64,000 nt of DNA from Truepera sp. (GTDB lineage: Bacteria > Deinococcota > Deinococci > Deinococcales > Trueperaceae), in contig CBDCKW010000009.1 of the NCBI GenBank assembly GCA_965218435.1, forward strand, positions 2,016,001 through 2,080,000, read 5' to 3'. Shown here piece by piece: positions 33,043 through 40,824 of this stretch. Numbering within the stretch: position 1 is the stretch's first letter; each line of letters starts with the position of its first letter. The position numbers and the translations under genes were made by a program. Below the pieces are notes generated by a model. It searched no databases, was not told the DNA's origin, and saw nothing but the letters and a program-made list of their open reading frames with translations.

Positions 33043-34152
33043 ATGACCCGGTTGACGGGAAAGCTGGTTACGCCACAGGGAATCAGAGAGGGGAGGCTCG
33101 AGTTCAGCACTGCCATCACCTCAGTTACCTATACCGGAGGCAGAGAAGACAGCCCCTACATCCTCCCCGGGTTTATTGACACGCACGTTCACGGCGGCGG
33201 CGGCGGCGACACGATGGACGGAGCCGAGGGCGTCCGTGCGCTCGCCCGGTTTCACGTGCAGTACGGCACTACGACGCTCTACCCGACGACGATTACCAAT
33301 CCTTGGGACAAGATTATCGGGGCGCTAGGCGGCGTTAAAGAAGTCCAAGCTGAGGCTGACCCGACGCTTCCCGACATTCCCGGTGTCCATTTAGAAGGCC
33401 CGTTTATCAGTCCCGAACGGCTCGGCGCACAACCGCCGTTGACGCTCCTCCCCACCCCCGCGCACTTGGGCGAGCTGTTGGCGCTGGATATAATTCGCCT
33501 CGTAACCCTCGCTCCCGAAATCGCGGGCGTCACCGAGGCCGCCGAACGTTTTGCTCAGGCGGGCGTCCGGGTCAGCGTCGGGCACTCTGTTGCAGATTAC
33601 GAAACGGTTAGGGCGTTCGCCGAAACAGTTAGAAAGGCAGGCGGCACCGTTGGCTTTACCCATCTTTACAACGCGATGGGCGGCCTTCGGGGGCGCGAAC
33701 CCGGTATCGTCGGCGCAGCCCTCGCCGACCGTGATGCCTACAGCGAACTGATTTTAGATTTGCGGCACGTCCATTCAGGCAGTTTTTTGGCGGCGCTTCA
33801 GGCCAAACCCGAGCGGCTTCACCTGATGACCGACTGTATCCGTGCAGGCGGCTTGGGCGACGGTGAAACCGAACTCGGCGGGCAGCGGGTCAGCGTGCAA
33901 AACGGCGCGGCGACCCTCCCGGACGGAACCATCGCGGGCAGCACCATGACGCTCGAGCGGGCGCTACGCAACGCCGTTGCTTTGGGGGTAGGGTTGGAGC
34001 AGACCAGCCGGATGCTTTCAGAGATTCCCGCACGTTATCTGGGTTTGACCGACCGGGGCAGCTTGGCGGAAGGTCAACGCGCCGACGTGGTGGTTTTAGA
34101 CCGTGACTTACAGGTACAGGCGGTGTATGTTGCAGGCCGACAGGTTGGGTAA
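33043..34152 (+). CDS. nagA: N-acetylglucosamine-6-phosphate deacetylase
   Basis: PGFIDTHVHG, HLEGPFI, TLAPE, GHS, THLYNAM, TD, IAGS. Confidence 0.93.
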   Translation: MTRLTGKLVTPQGIREGRLEFSTAITSVTYTGGREDSPYILPGFIDTHVHGGGGGDTMDGAEGVRALARFHVQYGTTTLYPTTITNPWDKIIGALGGVKEVQAEADPTLPDIPGVHLEGPFISPERLGAQPPLTLLPTPAHLGELLALDIIRLVTLAPEIAGVTEAAERFAQAGVRVSVGHSVADYETVRAFAETVRKAGGTVGFTHLYNAMGGLRGREPGIVGAALADRDAYSELILDLRHVHSGSFLAALQAKPERLHLMTDCIRAGGLGDGETELGGQRVSVQNGAATLPDGTIAGSTMTLERALRNAVALGVGLEQTSRMLSEIPARYLGLTDRGSLAEGQRADVVVLDRDLQVQAVYVAGRQVG

Positions 34153-34375
34153 CCTGATGTACGACTTAAGCGTACAGCTAAACCTCTTTGCGAAACATCT
34201 GGTTGGTAGCCGGTTCGTAGCCCGTAGCGCCGTAAAACTCGTGTGCGTCCAGCCAGTGTAAGCCTGAGCGCAGGCGCAGCTCGAGGTAACCGTGCGCCGC
34301 CGTCTATTTCTTTACCACCAACAAGGCGCAGGTCAACCGTCCTGCGCCCCGTAACAGCGTGACTGACGGCGAATT

Positions 34376-35395
34376 CTAAAAGGCGAACTGCACCTTCATC
34401 CGCTTGGGGTCACGTTCAGCGAGTTCTAAGCCTCGTTCAAATTCACGGATAGGCAGCGTGTGCGAAACGATGGGGGCTAACGTAAGCGCACCCCCGCGCA
34501 CCAGCGAGATCGCCTCGTGAAACGTTTTGTTGAGCGCAAACGACCCGATAATCTTGAGGTCTTTGCGAAAAACCTCGTAGGGTGAAAACGGAACCCTGGC
34601 CTCAGCCGACGCCACGCCGAACACCCAAACTTTACCCCCCGGTTTGACGTATTCGAAGGTTCCTTCAATGACTTTAGGAACGCCCGTCGCGTCTGCAACA
34701 ACGTCAAACCCATAAGGCGCAATGTCTTTAACAGCGTCTTTAAGCGTCTGCGGCGTAAGCTCGTCTGCTGACAACGTAGTTGCGCCGAGCCCTGCGGCAA
34801 TCTTAAGCCGCCACGGTTCTTTGTCTACCACGACCACGGACGCTGCGCCGGAACGCAGCACCGCTTGCAGCATCAAGATACCCATCGGCCCAGCCCCGAA
34901 GATCAGCATGGTGTTACCGGCCTGCAGTTGCACCTGTTTAAGGCCCCAGACGACACACGCGAGCGGTTCCAACAAGGCCGCTTCTGCAAACGGTATGTCG
35001 CCGACGCTGTAAACGGCGCTTTCGGGGACGGAGACGTAGCGAGAGAACGCGCCGCTCCGCGTGACCCCGACGACCTCCAAGTTCAAACACTGATTAAACT
35101 GCCGCTGCTGACAAAAGACGCAGTGGTAACAGGGCAAATTCGGGTCGGCGGTGACGCGGTCGCCTACAGAGAAGGTTTGTACTCGCTCGCCGATAGCGGC
35201 AACGACGCCGCTAAACTCGTGTCCCGGTACGACCGGATACAGGGCGAGCGCGTAAGAGCCGTGCCAGATATGTAGGTCAGTCCCGCAAATCCCAGCGTTT
35301 TTAACCTCGATCAGAACTTCAAAAGGACCGACGTTCGGTTCAGCGGTTTCTAAGACAGCGGTCTCGAGCGGTGAGCGAATTTGCGCAGCGATCAC
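34376..35395 (-). CDS. Zinc-dependent polyol (sorbitol/iditol-type) dehydrogenase
   Basis: GICGTDLH, GHEFSG, structural Zn CxxCxxC...C, GAGPMG; in polyol ABC operon. Confidence 0.85.
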   Translation of the reverse strand: MIAAQIRSPLETAVLETAEPNVGPFEVLIEVKNAGICGTDLHIWHGSYALALYPVVPGHEFSGVVAAIGERVQTFSVGDRVTADPNLPCYHCVFCQQRQFNQCLNLEVVGVTRSGAFSRYVSVPESAVYSVGDIPFAEAALLEPLACVVWGLKQVQLQAGNTMLIFGAGPMGILMLQAVLRSGAASVVVVDKEPWRLKIAAGLGATTLSADELTPQTLKDAVKDIAPYGFDVVADATGVPKVIEGTFEYVKPGGKVWVFGVASAEARVPFSPYEVFRKDLKIIGSFALNKTFHEAISLVRGGALTLAPIVSHTLPIREFERGLELAERDPKRMKVQFAF

Positions 35396-35408
35396 CTAAA
35401 AACTCCCA

Positions 35409-36239
35409 CTATTTAATAGCGCCCATCGTCAGACCGGTGACGAGCTGACGCTGCGCAATCCAACCGGCGAGCAGCACCGGAATCACGGCCGCCGTTGCCG
35501 CCGCCGACATCTTGGCGATAAAAAGGTTGCCCTGCGCCGCCTTAAAGGTTGAGACGTAGACTGAGAGCGGCGAGGCGTTACGTGAGGTCAGGTTGACGGC
35601 TAAAAAGAACTCGTTCCAGGTAAAAATCATCGCTAGCAGGGCGGTCGCGGCGAGACCGGGGATCAGGAGCGGCATAATCACGCGCATAAACTCTTGCCAC
35701 AAATTTGCGCCGTCTAAGCGCGCCGCCTCGACGACCTCGTAAGGAACCTCTAACATAAACGAGCGCATCATCCACACCACCAAGGGGAAGTTCATCCCGG
35801 CGTAGAGGATAATTAAGCCCAAGTGCGTATCAAGTAAACCCAGTTTCAAAAACAAGACGTATAAGGGCACAATCACTCCAGCGGGCGGTAGCATTCTAGT
35901 TGACATCATCCACAGCAGCGACGAATCAGTTCGCTTGGTCTGATAAAACGCCATCGCGTACGCGGTCGGTACCCCTAAGAGGAGAGAGAGCAAAATGGCG
36001 AAAAAGGTGATGATGACGGTGTTCCATAAGTACTCTAAAAAGGGCGAATTAAAGAGCGCGATCCGCCAGTTCTCGAGCGTCGGCTGAAAAAAGAACTGCG
36101 GCGGAAAGGTGATCGCCATCTGCTCGGTCTTAAACGAGGTCAAGACCATCCAGAGAATAGGGAAAAACATAGCGAGTGCAAGCAGCAGCGTAAAGATCGA
36201 CAAGAGCGTCCCGCCGAGTTTTGAGCTTCCGGGTCTCAT
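35409..36239 (-). CDS. Carbohydrate ABC transporter permease (SmoG/MtlG-like)
   Basis: EAARLDGA motif, WNEF, LVTGLTMGAIK end. Confidence 0.9.
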   Translation of the reverse strand: MRPGSSKLGGTLLSIFTLLLALAMFFPILWMVLTSFKTEQMAITFPPQFFFQPTLENWRIALFNSPFLEYLWNTVIITFFAILLSLLLGVPTAYAMAFYQTKRTDSSLLWMMSTRMLPPAGVIVPLYVLFLKLGLLDTHLGLIILYAGMNFPLVVWMMRSFMLEVPYEVVEAARLDGANLWQEFMRVIMPLLIPGLAATALLAMIFTWNEFFLAVNLTSRNASPLSVYVSTFKAAQGNLFIAKMSAAATAAVIPVLLAGWIAQRQLVTGLTMGAIK

Positions 36240-37171
36240 AAGTTCACCTCACCTGAAGTAGAGTTGCGCCGCAGCACACGTAAAAAGAGAACGATCACGA
36301 TGTTGGCTAAGATGACGGCGAAGATACCGTAGGCGCTCGCCCGGCCGACGTTTTGCCTCGAGAAGGCTTCTAAAAAAATCTGGTATGGCAAGTTGGTCGT
36401 CTGGATGCCCGGTCCACCGGCGGTAGTGACAAAGATGGTCCCGAACTCACTCAAGATAAAGATGGTTTCTAACAGCAGCGCGATCTCAACAAACTGCCTG
36501 AGGTGCGGCAAGATAATGTGGCGAAACATCGCAAAGCCGCTTGCGCCGTCGATCCGGGCGGCCTCGGTCGTCGAATCGGGCAGTGACTGCAGGCCAGCGA
36601 GCAAAATGAGCATCACAAAAGGAATCCACTGCCACGACACGATAGCGATCACCGTCGGCAGCGGAAACGCCTGCAACGCGTAAAAGTCACGAATACCAAA
36701 AAAGCGCAAGTAGTACGAGAAAAAGCCGAACGAAGGGTCTAACAAGACGTTTTTCCATAAAACGGCGGCGGCGACCGGCATCATCAAAAAGGGCGAGATA
36801 AGGAGCGTTCGGGCGATAGCACGCCCCGGAAAAGGCCGGTTAAGTAGAAGCGCGAACGCCAGACCCCCGAGAAAGGTAATGACAACTACTGAAACCGTCA
36901 AGATGACGGTATTGAGGATAACGATAAAGAAGTCTTGGTTGGTTAGAATACGCGAATAGTTACGCCATAACCGGTCCCAACCGATAAAGCCGCTCGAGCT
37001 CGGGCGCAGCAAGTTCCAGTTGGTAAACGAAAACCAGATGGCAAAGACGAACGGAACTTGGGTGACAATAATAAGAAATAACAGCCCGGGAGCTGAGAGG
37101 AACTTACGGTTTTCTCCGCTCGTTGCCTTTGACTCCGTAGACTCTTGCGGGGTTATAGCCTGACTCGCCAT
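36236..37171 (-). CDS. Carbohydrate ABC transporter permease (SmoF/MtlF-like)
   Basis: WQWIPF, LAGLQSLP, EAARIDGA, GGPG. Confidence 0.9.
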   Translation of the reverse strand: MASQAITPQESTESKATSGENRKFLSAPGLLFLIIVTQVPFVFAIWFSFTNWNLLRPSSSGFIGWDRLWRNYSRILTNQDFFIVILNTVILTVSVVVITFLGGLAFALLLNRPFPGRAIARTLLISPFLMMPVAAAVLWKNVLLDPSFGFFSYYLRFFGIRDFYALQAFPLPTVIAIVSWQWIPFVMLILLAGLQSLPDSTTEAARIDGASGFAMFRHIILPHLRQFVEIALLLETIFILSEFGTIFVTTAGGPGIQTTNLPYQIFLEAFSRQNVGRASAYGIFAVILANIVIVLFLRVLRRNSTSGEVNL

Positions 37172-37414
37172 AACTGCCTCCTACAGGCGTAGCTACCACA
37201 AAAGGTAGCTCTAAGCTTGGTTAATCTAATACCTAATCCAAAAAGTGTGGGATAAACCCCCCGCTCTCGGCGCGGTTTAGATTACAAGTACTGGTCGTAG
37301 CAGCTTAGCAGCAGCTGCTGTCAACCGCCGCTGTCAACCGGACAGCCAAAAAACAGCTAAAAAGGGTGGAGTTCAAAACCCCACCCTCGTTACTGCTAGA
37401 CGTGGGCGACCGGC

Positions 37415-38728
37415 TTAGTAGTAACCGGCGTCAATCATCGCGTTGTCCGCGACGTCTTGGGCGCGGGCGAGACCGGCGTCAACGCTGGTACCGCCGGAGA
37501 GAATTTCTGAAACGATCTGCGCGACGTCGTTACCGATCCCCTGGAATTCAGGAATCTGGACGAACTGAACGCCGGGAGCAACTTGCGGCTGCTCGGTCGA
37601 ATCGTTGGGGTTGGCGTCTTCGATGGACTTAAGGACGAGCGGCGCAAAAGGTGCGGCTTTGGTGTAGTTGGAGTTTTTATAGGTCGAGGTGCGGGTACCG
37701 GGAGGCACAGCGGCCCAGCCTTTATTTTTGGCGACCAACTCGATGTAGTCTTTCGAGGTTGCCCAGGCGACGAACTTGGCGGCGGCTTCTTGCTTCTGGC
37801 TCGAGCTCGGAATCCCTAAGTTCCATGACCAGAGCCACGCGTTACCTTTCTTAACGGGGCCGACCGGGGCGAGCGCGTAGGCCATGTTGGGACCTTCGTC
37901 GGTACCGGCTAAAAAGCCTGCGGCAACCGTTGCGTCAACCCACATCGCGGCCTGACCCGTTGACATCAGCTGCAGCGCCTCGGGGAAGCTGATACCGGTG
38001 ACTCCGGGAGGGCCACACTTGTTGACCAGGTTGCTATAAAAGCTAATTGCATCTTTCCAGGCTTGGGTGTCAAGCTGCGGGTGCCCTTCGGCGTCGAACC
38101 ACTGACCACCGTAGGTGTTGACGACGGTGGTAATCGGAGCCATATTGTCGCCCCAACCGGGTTTGCCGCGGAGCACGATTCCGGCGACACCGTTTTTGGG
38201 ATCGTTGAGTTTACAAGCAAACTCTTGAATCTGTTCCCAGGTCGGCTGCTCGGGCATGGTTAAACCGGCGGCGTCAAAGAGCTTTTTGTTGTACATCGTA
38301 AAGCTCGACTCGCCGTAAAAGGGCAGCGCGTAGAGTTCACCGTCGTAAGAGTTAATCGCGGTAATAGCCGGAAGCAGGTCGGCCTGATCATAGTTGGCGA
38401 AGGTGTCGGGGTACTGCTGCGCCAATGAGTCAACTGAGACGATCCAGCCGTTGGCGGCCCAGAGTGGGGTCTCGTAGGCACCGACGGTCACCACGTCAAA
38501 CGAGCCGCTACCGGTGGCAACGTCGGTCGTAAGGCGGCTGCGGAGCGTCCCTTCGTCTAAAAAGAGCCACTCGAGCTTGATGTCGGGGTTTTGCTTTTCA
38601 AAGTTGGTTGACAGTTCTTGCATCGTCACCATGTCGGGGTTGTTGACCGACGCGATGGTCAGCGTGGTCTGGGCTGAAGCGCCGGCTGCTAACAGCAGCG
38701 CAACGGTTCCTATAAGCAGTTTTTTCAT
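37415..38728 (-). CDS. Polyol (sorbitol/mannitol) ABC transporter substrate-binding protein (SmoE/MtlE-like)
   Basis: Signal peptide; TIASVNNPDM, PFYGESS, LRGKPGWG.N, MWVDATVAA, WLWSW, PPGTR.STY. Confidence 0.88.
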   Translation of the reverse strand: MKKLLIGTVALLLAAGASAQTTLTIASVNNPDMVTMQELSTNFEKQNPDIKLEWLFLDEGTLRSRLTTDVATGSGSFDVVTVGAYETPLWAANGWIVSVDSLAQQYPDTFANYDQADLLPAITAINSYDGELYALPFYGESSFTMYNKKLFDAAGLTMPEQPTWEQIQEFACKLNDPKNGVAGIVLRGKPGWGDNMAPITTVVNTYGGQWFDAEGHPQLDTQAWKDAISFYSNLVNKCGPPGVTGISFPEALQLMSTGQAAMWVDATVAAGFLAGTDEGPNMAYALAPVGPVKKGNAWLWSWNLGIPSSSQKQEAAAKFVAWATSKDYIELVAKNKGWAAVPPGTRTSTYKNSNYTKAAPFAPLVLKSIEDANPNDSTEQPQVAPGVQFVQIPEFQGIGNDVAQIVSEILSGGTSVDAGLARAQDVADNAMIDAGYY

Positions 38729-39023
38729 TTAGTCTCCTAAACCTGTCTTCTTCAACCGGGGGGCATAAAGCAGTTCGGGCGTACGCGTAACTCGGCCTTT
38801 AGGCCAGCCTCCTTTCGATGTGCAAACGTTAGACATAAACAGCTTACGCCTATGACGCTTGCTTTTCCGCAATGGTCTCGTGGCCATTACGATAGTACAG
38901 CCTTTGGGGATTTGTCAAGTAGGCACCCTATATACGCTCTGGCTCATTACGGGGACAAAAGCTCGGGTCAGAGACCAAGGCTCAGGCAGGGTTAATCTCG
39001 GCAGGGGTAAAACCGGCGACGCT

Positions 39024-39473
39024 CACTGTAAGAGGACATGGGCACAGGTCGAAAGTAACTACAAGTTCCAAGCGCCTAAGACCAAAAGGAGCCGCCGTAA
39101 CCTCGAGCTACCCGAACTTGTAAAGCTTTCGCTCGAGCATAAAGCATTGCAACCTGTGGAGAGTGAGCTGATCTTCTCGACTGTAGACGGCACACCCTTA
39201 AGCGAGCGTAACGTCATCGTCCGGCACTTCAAACCGCTCTTAAAGGCCGCTGAGTTGCCTGACGCCTTTATAACTTGCGCCATACTCACGCGACGCTCTT
39301 AACTTATCGTCGGGACAAAGCCCAAAATCGCCAGCGAACGCTTGGGACACTCGAGCATCACCCTGACTTTGGACACCTACAGCCACGTACTACCGGGTAT
39401 GCAGCGCAAATCAGCGAGCAAACTTAACACCATGCTCTTTAATGATGCGGCAGAGGTTAGACCGTACAACTAA
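39024..39473 (+). pseudogene. Tyrosine integrase C-terminal remnant (frameshifted) of an older element
   Basis: APKTKRSRR, LIFSTVDGTPL, then YNLRHTHATLL and KIASERLGHSSITLTLDTYSHVLP in shifted frames. Confidence 0.85.
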
Positions 39474-39563
39474 CCTAAAAAATAGACCGGCACATATGTG
39501 GCACACGCACACGAAAAAAGCACAGCCCGAATCCTCAGGCTGCGCCTCTCTTTTACGTCCCTC

Positions 39564-39620
39564 ACGGCTTTTCTTTGGTAGCGATGAAGAGACTTGAACT
39601 CTTGACCTCACGATTATGAG
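39564..39620. repeat. att site direct repeat (duplicated 3' half of tRNA)
   Basis: 57 bp identical to 53208-53264; 45 bp of it equals the tRNA from anticodon loop to CCA. Confidence 0.95.
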
Positions 39621-39744
39621 AAGTATATGAGCCCTAATGTATCGCACCATGCTCTGATGGGCTGTGATAGAAAGCCCGTTATAGGCGCATTTCTACCCTT
39701 TGCTCTGCCTCTCGTTCAATGTCTCATCACGCTAGGTAACGCGG

Positions 39745-39777
39745 CTGTAGGTGTAAATAATGTGTAACTCAGGTGCA
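39745..39777 (+). promoter_or_regulatory. Putative integrase arm-type binding sites (left end)
   Basis: CTGTAGGTGTAAATAATGTGTAACTCAGGTGCA: GTGTAA-like units at 11-bp period; nearly identical to 53129-53151. Confidence 0.6.
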
Positions 39778-39853
39778 GGCTTTGGGGGGCGTTTACCCCG
39801 TTATGGACGCCGAGGCCATCACAAAACGTAGCGAAACATGGTAAAATTAGAGC

Positions 39854-40354
39854 ATGACGGCGGCGATACCTTACGACGAACTTACGCTTGACGAACTGCT
39901 CGAGCGTGTTGAGCGTATCGTCAGCCGCGCTGAACGGACGCTTACGAAGGGTAAGCCCCGCCGTCTATCCGCCGCCGAACTTGAGCGGGAAAACCGGATG
40001 CGTTCCGTGGTTTTTTGTGCCCCCAAGAATCTTTACTCAAAACGCTGGCAGTCTACTAGCAACTGGCAGGCTTCACTGCCTTCAGCCCTCGGCAGTTTGG
40101 GGACGATAAGGAACATGCGTAAGCTGAACCGCGCGGTTTTTGAGCTTACGCGCATGTTCGCTTGTTCAATACCAAAGGCGCTGTTACAAAAAGTTTTCGC
40201 GCTCATCTTATCGCTCGTTTTTGGTATTGGACTTGAGGACGATACCCCGGAACTGCCTGACGAGCACCGTGATATTGACGTTACACCGCGCCCCGAACCG
40301 CCGTTAAGCAGAATTCCTAAAGCTTTACCTAACGCTCCAAACGCACTGATTTAA
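39854..40354 (+). CDS. Hypothetical protein with Pro-rich C-terminal tail
   Basis: 166-aa ORF; TAAAAT 6 nt before ATG. Confidence 0.5.
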   Translation: MTAAIPYDELTLDELLERVERIVSRAERTLTKGKPRRLSAAELERENRMRSVVFCAPKNLYSKRWQSTSNWQASLPSALGSLGTIRNMRKLNRAVFELTRMFACSIPKALLQKVFALILSLVFGIGLEDDTPELPDEHRDIDVTPRPEPPLSRIPKALPNAPNALI

Positions 40355-40391
40355 GTTTGCGCAGGTCACACCTGCTGGCTTAAATCTCTAC

Positions 40392-40409
40392 CGTGATTTA
40401 TAAATCACG
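40392..40409. promoter_or_regulatory. Perfect 18-bp palindrome, candidate operator
   Basis: CGTGATTTATAAATCACG just upstream of the Xis-like gene RBS. Confidence 0.6.
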
Positions 40410-40426
40410 TGCGTTTGGAGTTTTTT

Positions 40427-40630
40427 ATGACAATGGAACCGAAGGGCTCGAGCCCTTTTTACAGTTATCCCGAGCTTTGGGAAGCGAACGAGAAAAAAAT
40501 CGGCATCAACACGCTGAGGGCTTGGGGACGTTCAAAGAAGCTGAAGACCGTAAGGGTCGGCAGAAAAATCCTAGTGCCCAAAAGCGAACTTGACCGCCTT
40601 GTGGAAATCGCCGGAGGCGACGACTTATGA
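40427..40630 (+). CDS. Excisionase-like HTH (HTH_17/MerR-like) DNA-binding protein
   Basis: IGINTLRAW...KLKTVRVGRKILVPKSELDRL pattern; GGAG RBS. Confidence 0.75.
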   Translation: MTMEPKGSSPFYSYPELWEANEKKIGINTLRAWGRSKKLKTVRVGRKILVPKSELDRLVEIAGGDDL

Positions 40631-40824
40631 AAAATCCCCATCTCGGGCAAGATGGGGACGCGGCGATTCGTAAGGAAAGTTTATCACAAGTCGTTATCTG
40701 CCCCTTTGCTCCCGAATGCTTAAAAAAATGGATTCACCTTGTCGGTACAGAAACGGCAGACTGCCAAAACTTCAGCCGTGCAGACATGGCGAGGATTTTG
40801 GCGGGGGTCGCTGGTGGACGCTAA
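40627..40824 (+). CDS. Small hypothetical protein
   Basis: ATGA-coupled to the Xis-like gene, GGAGG RBS, overlaps primase start. Confidence 0.5.
   Translation: MKNPHLGQDGDAAIRKESLSQVVICPFAPECLKKWIHLVGTETADCQNFSRADMARILAGVAGGR

Noticed and set aside
38817..38837. LacI-type operator upstream of the polyol operon (TGCAAACGTTAGACA)
   Set aside because: Plausible but imperfect, and no cognate regulator in the window; too weak to call.
38859..39302. 147-aa ORF as an intact gene
   Set aside because: It starts in the polyol operon promoter region and only its second half is integrase remnant.
39576..39620. Second tRNA gene
   Set aside because: Only the 3' 45 nt are present; the 5' half is missing, so it is the att duplication.
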